The notes under the pieces were generated by a model. The model was not told the DNA's origin. It made no database searches and saw nothing but the letters and a program-made list of their open reading frames with translations. This document shows positions 27,407 to 37,431 of a DNA stretch of 48,136 nt, piece after piece. This DNA is from Candidatus Methylomirabilota bacterium (GTDB taxonomy: Bacteria; Methylomirabilota; Methylomirabilia; Rokubacteriales; CSP1-6). Each line of letters begins with the position of its first letter. The first letter of the stretch is position 1. Location of the stretch: positions 1 to 48,136 of the forward strand of contig JBKPAK010000054.1 in the NCBI GenBank assembly GCA_046726415.1. Reading direction: 5' to 3'. The position numbers were made by a program, and so were the translations under genes.

Positions 27407-30208
27407 GCGGTGGCGTCTCGCAGGCTCTTCACGACCAGCAGTTCATTGCCGCGATCGTCGATGACCTTGACCGCGACCTGCCCGTGGTCGCCGGCCTCGA
27501 AGGGCGCGCTGGTCGTACCAGCGAGATGGTCCCACACCGTGTCGTCGTACTCGCCGCGGAGCGCGCGCCGCAGATCGTCCCAGGCCGCCGTGCGGGGAAA
27601 GAACGCCTGGCTCACGTGGAAACAGAGCCCGTTGTAGTCCATGTCGAGGAACCAGGCCGGCACGGTGCCGCCCTCGTGGTGGTCGGCCTTCATCGTGACC
27701 GGGTCGAACACGTCCAGGCCGATCAGTTCGGCCTGGTACTTGCCGTCGCCAACTCGCCGCAACTGCACCTCGGGCAGACCGCAGACGCTGAAGATCTGGC
27801 TCGACCGCATGTTCTTCAAGAGGTCACCCATCATGAGGTCCGGCGTGGCCTGCACGTATGTGGCCGGCGGCAGCCCCATCTCAGCCGCCTTCTCGATCAG
27901 CAGCCGCGCATCGGGCTGGATCGCGAAGCCGATGGCATAGAGATGCGCGTAGCCCTTGAGGCTGGCCTCCTTCAGCGCCTCATGGACGCCGAGCTGAGTG
28001 AGGGCACCGTTCTCGGGACCGAAGACAAGAGCAACCGGACGCTCACTCCCGTTGGCCACCAGCGCCTCGCCTGAGAGCGAGAGCGTTCGTGCAGGTGGCC
28101 GAATGTTACGCAAGGCGACTGTTTTCCCCGCCCCGACATGAAGTACCGGCGATTTCCTGAGCACCTCCAGCATGCGGTCGACGAACGAGCCGTGCGCCTC
28201 AGCGCCGGCTTCGCCAGTGTCGGGCCTGCCGTCCCCTTCCCAGTCGACTGGTGTGGGAATGGTCGCCTCAACGGTAAACGCTCCGGTCACGCGGACGATG
28301 TTGTCGTCACGCTCCGGACGATCAACCAGCACTTCCTCGGGGACCGGCTCATCGTTCGCAATACTTGCGAGAGTGACATGCGGAACGATTCCCCCACTTT
28401 CCTTTCCACGCTTGCGGGCGTAGGCGAAACCACCTACCGGGCCCCGCGATTGATCCTGAAGCTGGTAGTAGAGAAACGTGGCTGTGAGTAAACGTTGTCG
28501 AGTGAGTGCCAGAGGAACCCGGCTCGCATCGATAGCAATCCATCGACGTCCCCACTGTTCCGCCGCGTAAGCTGTTGTGCCGGAGCCGCACGTCGGATCG
28601 ACAACCAGATCGCCGGGTGACGTCGTCATCAGAATGCAGCGCTGAACAATCTCGGTATTTGTTTGTACGACATAGATCGGATCTGATGCTCCGCCCAGGC
28701 CATCCCACCAATTGGACAACGTCTTGAAAGGAAAGTCGTCGAGATATCGTTTGGCATCCAAGGACTTACCTGAGGCAATGAGGCGCCCCGCACGTTTGAG
28801 CCTCTCCATCCCGGGCAGCGTACTGTCGGCTGACCTTGATGTGTGCGACCAGCAGCGTCCCTCCGGAGGTGTAAAGACCGAGCCATTCAACTCGATCGGA
28901 TCCAGTTGGTTGGGCCGTCGCCCTCCATTCGTTATAGGCCAAGGACGGAACAGCCGGGCGCCAGGATGATCTCTGAATAGCTGCCTGGGATTAAGACGGT
29001 AGTCACGCGGAGTGCCAGTTGGATCCGGAAGGGCCGCGATTGAGTATTCGCGGCCATCTGCGAGTTCGAGCATCTTGAACTCTGCGAGCGTCTCGCCGTC
29101 CAACTCGCGTTTTTCAAACAAGGGGTAGAAAGTAACGTGCCGTTCGTCGCGAGGGCTACGGCTGTACCAGACTAAGTAGTCGTTAACTGGGTCTAGCAGA
29201 CTGCTCTTCTGGCTGCCCTTCTTCTTGATTGGAATCGTGACAACAAAGCACTGTGCACCATAAACCTCATCTAGCAGGGCGCGAACCACATGAAGATTGG
29301 CGTCGCCGATCTGCACGAAGATGCTGCCCCGACGGCGCCAACAGCTCGCGGGAGAGGAGTAGGCGATCGCGCATGTACGTCAAGTAGGAGTGCAGCCCGA
29401 GCTCCCACGTGTCCCGGTACGCCTTGACCATCTCAGGCTCACGGGTCATGTCGGCGTCGTCGTTGTGGCTGACGTCGCGGCGGCGCACGAAGGGCTGAAA
29501 GTTGGAGCCGAACTTCACGCCATACGGCGGGTCCATGTAGATCATCTGGACCTGGCCGCCGAGGCCCTCGTAGTGCAGCAGGGAATTCATGACCACCAGG
29601 GAATCGCCAAGGACCAGGCGGTTCACCCAGTTGTCCGGGTACTCGTACGCGCGCAGGACCTGGTCGGCGACCGAGTGCTGCGGGTCGCCGAACAGCTCGA
29701 ACATGGTCTGCTGCTTGTCGCGGCGGTGGCCGGTCAGCGTCTCCACGATGGCCTTGGTGGAGAGGCGCTCGTGGATGAACAGGGGCAGCGTCGGGACGTC
29801 GAACGACAGGCGCTCGGCCTTGCCGGTCCAGTCGAGGAACGGCCGGCCGAGCCGCCGGAGCAGCTCGACGGCCTCGGTCAGCGTTCTGACGGTGGCCACC
29901 ACCGCGCCGTTGGCCGTCCTGAACTCTTGCGGCCGGTCGAAGGCGTGCGGTGCGTCGAGAGCAGCAGCCCGGCCAATCAGCTCCAGGAGCCACTCGCCCA
30001 GCTCGCGGGCCGGGTTCTGGCCGTCCCAGTTCAGTGCGGGCGAGAGCGACGAGTCGTACCGATAGGTCGCCGGCGGCTTCTTCTTCCGGAACTGCGGCTG
30101 CGTTCCCACCTCGGGACGCATCGGGCTCTTAGCGTCGTAGTGGGCGTAGCTCTCAGCAACCCGTCCGGGCCGGGCCGCCGCTCTCTTTCCGCGAGGTTTG
30201 CTGCTCAC
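27403..30208 (-). CDS. mod: Type III-like amino-DNA methyltransferase Mod (beta class, probably m6A); frameshift at CCCC 29327-29330
   Basis: NRLVLGDSL, YMDPPYG (motif IV), DPTCGSGTT (motif I), GRRWIAID; removing one base restores LLAPSGSIFVQIGD. Confidence 0.88.
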
Positions 30209-30263
30209 CGCTGCGAGTCTACAGCACCCTCGCACAAACGGTCACTATCTCCTTGGTGTATCG

Positions 30264-30320
30264 AAGAAAATCCGCTTCGTCAGGTGTGATTTTCGCGCGG
30301 AGGAAACCGTGGCGAAGCGG
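30264..30320 (-). terminator. Stem-loop plus U-rich tail downstream of the HNH gene
   Basis: Minus strand CCGCTTCGCCACGG...CCTGACGAAGCGG followed by ATTTTCTT; the loop is unusually large. Confidence 0.4.
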
Positions 30321-30338
30321 CTGCACGGCACATGGCGT

Positions 30339-31679
30339 CTATGAGCAGATGGCCGGTCGCGCGGCGGCCGCCAGGGGGTGAAGCACGTCGATCGCCCAGA
30401 CCACATTCAGGGGTTCCCCAAGCCAGCCCGGGCAGGTCGTGCGTGCGTGGAGGCGAAGGCCTCGCGTAGCATGGGCCGCCCGGAAGACCTCCACCGGATC
30501 GCGAGGCACCGCTGGCGGCGGTGGAGCCTCGGGCAAGGGCCAACCGTCCGGTCGCCGGAAGCGAAGCGTGCCGTCAGGTTCTCGATCGACCTGGAAACCC
30601 TCCTCGTGGACCGCGCGGTGGTGCCGGCGACAGAGGAGAGCGAGATTCGAGAGCGTGGTCGGGCCGCCTTGGGCCCAGTGGCGGAGGTGATGCCCCTGCC
30701 CGAACGCCAATCCGCAACCCGGAAAGCGACAGCCCCGATCCCGGTGCTGCAGCGCGCGCCGTAGTGCCGGGGGAATCGTCCTGGTCCGGGCCCCGATCTC
30801 CACCACGCGCCCGTCGTCATCGTGGCGCATGACCACCCGGCTCGCGTCGCATGCCAGGCGCTGGGACGTTTCTGCAGAAACGTGCGTCCCGTCCTCCAGG
30901 ACGGACTGGCCCGGCTGATCCGGGTCGGCCAGCACCGAGGCATCGACGTGGACCACCACCTGGTAGCGTTCGCCCGGGGCGCCGGGATCGAGCCCGTGGT
31001 GAAGGGCCGTCTCCGCGAGCAGGGCGAGCGCGTCGGCCTGCTGCTGGGCGAAGGTCGGGGCGTCCTCCACGCGATCCTCACAGGCAACCCGGCGATGGAG
31101 CGTCTCGCGCGCGGCCTCGAGCGCCCGCAGGAGCAATGCCCCCACTTCCGGCTCCAGCCGTCCCCGGAGGACGACCGTGCCGTCCTCTTCCTGGCGGACG
31201 TGAAGCGCGCGGCTCGCGTGCCGCTGCGCGGACTCTCGGGCCTCGGCCTGGCGGTCCACGCGCCGCCAGCCACGCACGATTCGCTCCACGTGGTCGGCCG
31301 TCCCCGCGCGCGCCACGTTCAGCAGCCGCTCTTCGGTCTCGGGAGTGGCGACGCGGGTCACCGCGCGGACCTTGGCGTACGAGACTTCTCCGCGAGCGAG
31401 GGCCTGAGCCAGGCTGGGCAGCGCGCCCAGGGCGCGGGCGACCCGGACGCGCTCGCGGGCCGCGCCCAGGTCGAGCCCCACCCGCCAGCTCAGCCAGGAG
31501 GCACAGGAGCGGAAGCCGTTGTTCCAGCCGCCCCTGGTGTCGAATTCGCGGATGAGGTCGAGGAGGCGCGCTGTGGCCGCCTCGAGGTGCGCCGACAGCT
31601 CGGCGATCTCGTCGCCCAGCCGGTCCAGTTCTGCAGCGGGGTTCAGCGTGGCGGGGATGGTCGGCGAATGAATCTCCAT
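30339..31679 (-). CDS. DUF222-HNH endonuclease (13E12-repeat-like family)
   Basis: GFRSCASWLSWRVG, ARERVRVARAL, QRLACDA, RDRGCRFPGC...HHLRHWAQGGPTTLSNLALLCRRHHRAVH. Confidence 0.9.
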   Translation of the reverse strand: MEIHSPTIPATLNPAAELDRLGDEIAELSAHLEAATARLLDLIREFDTRGGWNNGFRSCASWLSWRVGLDLGAARERVRVARALGALPSLAQALARGEVSYAKVRAVTRVATPETEERLLNVARAGTADHVERIVRGWRRVDRQAEARESAQRHASRALHVRQEEDGTVVLRGRLEPEVGALLLRALEAARETLHRRVACEDRVEDAPTFAQQQADALALLAETALHHGLDPGAPGERYQVVVHVDASVLADPDQPGQSVLEDGTHVSAETSQRLACDASRVVMRHDDDGRVVEIGARTRTIPPALRRALQHRDRGCRFPGCGLAFGQGHHLRHWAQGGPTTLSNLALLCRRHHRAVHEEGFQVDREPDGTLRFRRPDGWPLPEAPPPPAVPRDPVEVFRAAHATRGLRLHARTTCPGWLGEPLNVVWAIDVLHPLAAAARPAICS

Positions 31680-32070
31680 GGCGAGCTCCCTTCAACTGGG
31701 GCGACTCTACACTCGGAGTTCGGGGCCACCTGCGAGGCTCCCCGAGCGGCGATTCCGGGACGAGCGATGATTTTTCGTTCCGCCAACGCCGGCCGTCCAC
31801 CGCCGCGCCTGTACGGACCGCTGAGCTGGCATCTGCCGGGCACCGCCGATAGGTCGCCAGGGGACTGGCCGTGGCTGTCAAGCGGAAATCTCAAGGGGCG
31901 TCCCGCCAGCCCGGGCGCGAGTGTGTCAGGGAGAAGAAGATCCCCTGACAGGGACTTTGTCGTAGCTGCTTGCGGCAGCATTGAGGCTTGCATGACCATG
32001 ACGGTATGGCCGCCCAGGCTCAATCGCCCCGCGACATGACGCGCGGCTTCGGTCAAGCGACCCCGGCCCC

Positions 32071-35000
32071 ATGCAACTCCTGAACGGCCGACTGGTCCTC
32101 TCGCCCTCGGATCTGAACGACTACATCGAATGCCCGCATCTCACGGGGCTGTCGCTCGACGTCGCTCGGGGCGCGCGCCCGCGCCCACACGTCCCCAGCG
32201 AGCAGAACGAGCTACTGCGCCGCAAAGGGCAGGAGCACGAGGCGGCGTACCTGGCCCGACTCCGGCAGGAGGGGCGAGAGGTCGTCGAGATCGTCACGCC
32301 GGACCCCTGGGACTTCGAGGCGGGCGCGCGCGCGACCGTGGAGGCCATGCGCGGCGGCGCCGAGATCATCTACCAGGCGACGTTCGTGGACGGCGACTGG
32401 CGCGGCCGGGCCGATTTCCTCGAGCGGGTCGATCGCCCGACCGCGCTCGGCGCCTGGGGTTACGAGGCGGTGGACGCCAAGCTTGCACGGGCCGAGAAGC
32501 CGACCTACGTGGTGCAGCTCTGCTTCTACGGCGAGGCGATCGGCCAACTCCAGGGTGTCGCCCCCGAGCAGATGCACGTGCTCCTCGGCATCGGCGAGCG
32601 GCGCACGCTGCGCCACGCGGACTTCGTGGCCTACTACCGCCGGCTGCGCCGCGGGTTCGAGGCCGCCATCGGCAGGCCGGGCGCGACCGAGCCGTATCGC
32701 GTCGAGCACTGCGCTCTGTGCGAGTTCCGCGAGGTGTGCGACGCGCGCTGGCGGGCCGAAGACCACCTGATCCTGGTGGCGGGAATGCGCCGGGACCAGG
32801 TACCCCGGCGCAGGAGCGCAGGACTGCCCACGCTGGCGGGGCTCGCGGCGGCGGCGCCCGTCACCGAGGTCGAGCGCATGGCGGCGCGCACGTTCGAGAC
32901 ACTCCGCGACCAGGCCGGGCTCCAGGTGATTCGCCGCACCACGGGTCGTCTGGAGTGGCACCTCTTGCCCGCGGAGCCCGGCTGTGGCTTCGAGTTGCTC
33001 CCGCGGCCGTCGGTGGGCGACATCGTGTTCGACATCGAAGGCGATCCGTTCTGGGAGCCGGCGCGCGGGCTGCACTTCCTGCTCGGGTTGCTTTTCGCGG
33101 ACGGCGAGCAATGGACCTATCGGCCGGCGTGGGCCCACACGCGCGACGAAGAGCGGTGCGGCTTCGAGGCGCTCATCGATCTCTTCCACGAGCGCCTTGC
33201 TCGCCACCCCGACATGCACGTCTACCACTATGGCGCCTACGAGACGACCGCCATCACGCAGCTCATGGGCGTGTACGCGACGCGTGAGGATGCCGTGGAC
33301 GGGTTGCTGCGCCGGAAGGTCTTCGTCGACCTGCACCGGGTCGTCCGCCAGGGCCTGCGCGCCGGGGTGCCGAGATACTCGCTGAAGGAGGTCGAGGCGC
33401 TCGCCGGCTTCCACCGGAGCGCGGGCGTGCGAAGCGTACGCTGGCCGTGCTCGAGTACGAGCGCTGGATGGAGTCGCGCGACGGCACACGGCTGGACGCG
33501 ATCGGCGCCTACAACCAGGAGGACTGCCACGCCACCCTCGCGCTTCGCGACTGGCTCCGGCGCCAGCGGCCGGACGCCACGCCGTGGCCCGACGCCGTCG
33601 CGCCGACCGACGTCGACGGAGACAAGGCCGCCGCCGACCGGGAACGCGAGGCACTGCGCCAGGCGCTGGTCGAAGGGATGGCGACCGGAACGCCGCGGTG
33701 GCTGGCTGGAGAGCTGCTCGAATACCACCGGCGCGAGGCGAGGCCGGCCTGGTAGTGGTTCTTCGAGCGGCGCGATCAGATGTCGCTCGACGATCTCGTC
33801 GACGACGCCGAGTCGATCGGCAAGCTTAGAGCCGACCAGCGCGCCGCCGATACGGGTCAAGCAGTCGCTCGCCCATCGGCTGCGGTTCCCCGCGCAGGAG
33901 CACAAGCTCGTGCCGGGCGACACCGCCGGTCGATCCAGCCACGCAGGGGCCGGCCGGGACGATCCACGAGCTCGACGACGTGGCTGGCGTACTTGCGCTT
34001 CGGCGGGGACCCAGCCTCCAGCGTGTGCCGCTCCCGAACGCCCTGATTCCCAGCGGTCCGTATGACACGCGCGAGCAACGGGCGGCCCTCGCCCGACTGG
34101 CCTCGTCCATCCTGGCCGGTGACGCCGGTTACCCGGCGCTGCGCGACATCCTCGGGCGAGCTCGACCGCGGATCGCGCGTTCAGCCCGGCGCGATGTGAT
34201 CCAGACGACGGACCCCGGGGAGTTGCGCGACCTGGCCGCATCGCTCGACGGCAGCTATCTCTTCATCCAGGGACCGCCGGGGACTGGCAAGACCTGGACG
34301 GGGGCGCGGATCGCGATCGAGCTGATGCGCCGGGGCCGCCGCGTCGGTATCGCCGCGACGAGTCACAAGGCCATCCACAACCTGCTGGACGAGATCGAAC
34401 GCGCCGCCGCGGGGGAAGGCTTGGCGTTCCAAGGGCTCAAGAAAGCGAGCAAGAGCGCCGAGGAATCCCTCTACGCCGGGCGGTTCATCGGTAGCAGCGT
34501 CGAGAGGAAGATAGCTCCGTTCGTGGGCGCCGGCCGCGAAGTCCTCCTCTTCGCAGGAACAGCCTGGCTGTTCGCGCACCGGGATCTCGACGGCGAGCGG
34601 CCTGGCGGCCCGCTCATCGACACGCTCGTGATCGACGAAGCGGGCCAGGTGGCGCTTGCCGACGCGCTCGGCCATGGGGACTTCGGCCCGCAACGTCATC
34701 CTCCTCGGCGACCCGCTGCAGCTCGCCCAGGTCTCGCAGGGTACGCATCCACCGGGGACCGAGAAATCCGTGCTCGAGCATCTGCTCGGCGAGCACGCGA
34801 CCGTGCCCACTGACATGGGCGTGTTCCTGGAACGCACGCGCCGCATGCACCCCGACGTCTGCCGCTTCATCTCGGAAGTGGTCTACGACGGCCGGCTGGA
34901 GGGAACGCCGAGAGTCGCGCGGCAGACCGCCTTCGGCACCGGCCTGCGCTATCTGCCCGTGCCGCATGCCGGCAACACCGCCGTCTCATCGGAGGAGTCC

Positions 35001-35444
35001 GTTCGGGTCGCCGCTCAGATCCGCGACATGCTGGGCGCGTCTTGGACGAACGCCAGCGCGGAGACGCGAGCACTGAGCGAGAGCGATTTCATGGTCGTGG
35101 CGCCCTACAACGCCCAGGTGCGCCGTCTGCGTCAGGCGCTCGGCGAGGCCGGATTGACCAACGTGCTGGTCGGCACCGTCGACAAGTTCCAGGGCCGCGA
35201 GGCGGCGGTCGTGTTCTACTCGATGGCCACGTCGAGCGCGGAGGACGTGCCCCGCAGCCTCGACTTCCTCTTCTCGCGTAACCGGCTCAACGTCGCCGTC
35301 TCACGCGCGATGTGCCTGGCCTACCTGGTCGCCAGTCCTCGCCTCCTCGAATCGAGGGCGCGCTCGATCGAGCAGATGCGACTCATCAACGCGCTGTGCC
35401 GGTTCGTTGAGATGACGGAAGCCCGAAGCGCCGGCGTCGTATGA
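32071..35444 (+). pseudogene. TM0106-family RecB/Cas4-like nuclease + RNase H-like domain + SF1B helicase, disrupted
   Basis: LSPSDL, GRADFL...DAKL, HCALCEFREVC, FDIEGDPF, YNQEDC, QGPPGTGKT, IDEAGQ, GDPLQL, TVDKFQGRE, RLNVAVSRA; frameshifts at ~33436, ~33826, ~33924, ~34670 and TAG at 33753. Confidence 0.85.
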
Positions 35445-35605
35445 GAGTCCCTCATGATGGGTTCTCCTCAACGGGCCTTGCAAGCGGCCCCGAAACTGAT
35501 GATGCCGCGCAGTCGCGGGAGGAGGCCACGCCTTCAGCGGCGTCACGCAGGCAGGGCTGAGCCCGGCTACGACTCACTCGGCCGGGCTCGAGTAGCCCGA
35601 GGATC

Positions 35606-36425
35606 TCAGCGCGTCGAACGCGCGCTCCCGGGCCCGAGCAGAATTATGGCAGCAGCAATCGCCTGAAGCACCGTGCAGGCTCCGAGCGCCAGTCCGTAGG
35701 TGCCGGCCCAATCGCGGATGACGCCCACGAGCGACGGCCCGAAGGCGAACGTGAACTGATTGATGCCGACCACCAGGCCGACGAGCGTCGGGAAACGCTC
35801 GCGCGGCCACTCGACGGCGAGGATGAGGCCGGGGAGCGTCGTCAAATTCCCGACGCCCAGACCGAAGAGCGCGCAACCAACGTACACGGCCTTCGCCGAC
35901 GGCGCCTACGCCAACAGGACGACGCCGATGATCTGGATGGCGAGCCGCGCTCGCGACGAGCCGTCGATTCAGGCGATCGACGACAAAGCCTGTCACCACC
36001 CGCCCGATCACCGCCGCCGCCGTGGTCGTACTTACGGCACGCGCGGCGCCGCCCGCTCCGAGCGCCGGCGTCACCAGCGAAACCAGGTGCGTGAGCACCC
36101 CGACCTGCGCCGCGAGGCCGAGCGCGAAGGCCCCCGACACGCTCCAGAAGCGCCACGTCCGTAGTGCATCGCCTCGCCGACCACTCACCGACGGTCCGCC
36201 GAGTGGGCAGGCACGGGGATCGCCGTCGGGACCAAGGCCGAGCTCGGCGGGGCCCGACCGCAGGACGGCACCCGCGACGGCGAGCAGCACGACGAGGAGC
36301 ACGAGGGCGGCGGTGGCCAGCGCGCGTGTGAACCCGACCACCTGGATGAGCGGGATGAGCGCGGGCGTGATGATCACACCGCCCAGGGTCGCTCCGTTGA
36401 ACGCGATGCTGACGGCCAGCGTTTC
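35606..36425 (-). pseudogene. MFS transporter, C-terminal fragment with a frameshift and a nonsense codon
   Basis: AVSIAFNGATLGG, PAELGLGPDGD, TWRFW, GRVVTGFVVDRLNRR; frameshift at ~35950, TAG at 35906-35908; no N-terminus. Confidence 0.75.
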
Positions 36426-36612
36426 AACGCCGCGTTTCGCGCGGTGTATCACAAGCCCCCCACCGCGGGCGCCGCGCGCGGCGCCCACGCGGGTTCGCCC
36501 GGAAAGGCGCCGAGCCGTAGGCCGGGTCGAGCCGGTCGCGGGCCAGGCCAGCTGCGATAGAATCGCGTCCGCGATTCTGAGCCTGAACACCACAGCCGGC
36601 CAGGAGGGCGCA

Positions 36613-37431
36613 ATGGATCTGGGGCTCCAAGGCAAGCGTGCGATCGTGACCGGAGGCAGCCTGGGCATCGGGAAAGCCATTGCGCGGGAGCTGGCCCGCG
36701 AAGGGGTAGACGTCGCGATCGCGGCGCGCACGAAGGATCAACTCGAAGCGACGGCGCGGGAACTGGCCGCCGAGACCGGGCGGCGCATCGTCCCGCTGGT
36801 CGCTGATGTCACCAGCAGGGCGCAGGTGGACGCGATGGTGGCCCAGGCGGCCGCGCAGCTGGGCGGGCTGCACATTCTGGTGAACAGCGGTTCTCCGCCG
36901 GGGGGCTCGGCCACCGCCACCGGCCCCATCGAAACCGTCGTCGACGAGGATCTGCTGCACGACTTCGACGTGAAGTACGTGGGCGCGTTGCGCTGCGCGC
37001 GGGCCGCCATCCCCTACCTGAAGGAGCAGGGGTGGGGTCGCATCATCAACATCAGCGGGACCAACGCCCGCAACGCCGGGAATCTCAGCGGTGGCGCGCG
37101 CAATACCTCTCTGGTGCACTTCACCAAGACGTTGGCCGTCCAGCTGGGACGCTTCGGGATCACGGTCAACTGCATTCACCCTGGCACGACGCGCACGGAG
37201 CGCACTCCGCGCCTGCTGACCGCCCGGGCCGCCGAGCTGCAGATCCCCCCCGAGGAAGTCGAGCGACGCGACTTTGCCCACGATTCCCCGCGGGGCAACG
37301 CCATCGGCCGCATGGTCGACGCGGCGGAGATCGCCTACGTCACGGTCTTCCTGGCTTCGGACAAAGCCTGGGCCGTCAGCGGCGAGCTCGTCGTGGCCAC
37401 GGGGGGCGCCGGCCGGGCGGTGTACTACTGA
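36613..37431 (+). CDS. SDR family NAD(P)-dependent oxidoreductase
   Basis: RBS CAGGAGG; MDLGLQGKRAIVTGGSLGIG, GWGRIINISG, GITVNCIHPG. Confidence 0.92.
   Translation: MDLGLQGKRAIVTGGSLGIGKAIARELAREGVDVAIAARTKDQLEATARELAAETGRRIVPLVADVTSRAQVDAMVAQAAAQLGGLHILVNSGSPPGGSATATGPIETVVDEDLLHDFDVKYVGALRCARAAIPYLKEQGWGRIINISGTNARNAGNLSGGARNTSLVHFTKTLAVQLGRFGITVNCIHPGTTRTERTPRLLTARAAELQIPPEEVERRDFAHDSPRGNAIGRMVDAAEIAYVTVFLASDKAWAVSGELVVATGGAGRAVYY

Noticed and set aside
32071-32800. cas4 of a CRISPR system
   Set aside because: The Cas4-like domain is part of the TM0106 fusion; no cas1/cas2 or array
33753-33755. In-frame TAG here and at 35906 as pyrrolysine or recoding
   Set aside because: Both fit TGG-to-TAG changes in genes that also have frameshifts, and TAG is used as a normal stop elsewhere in the window
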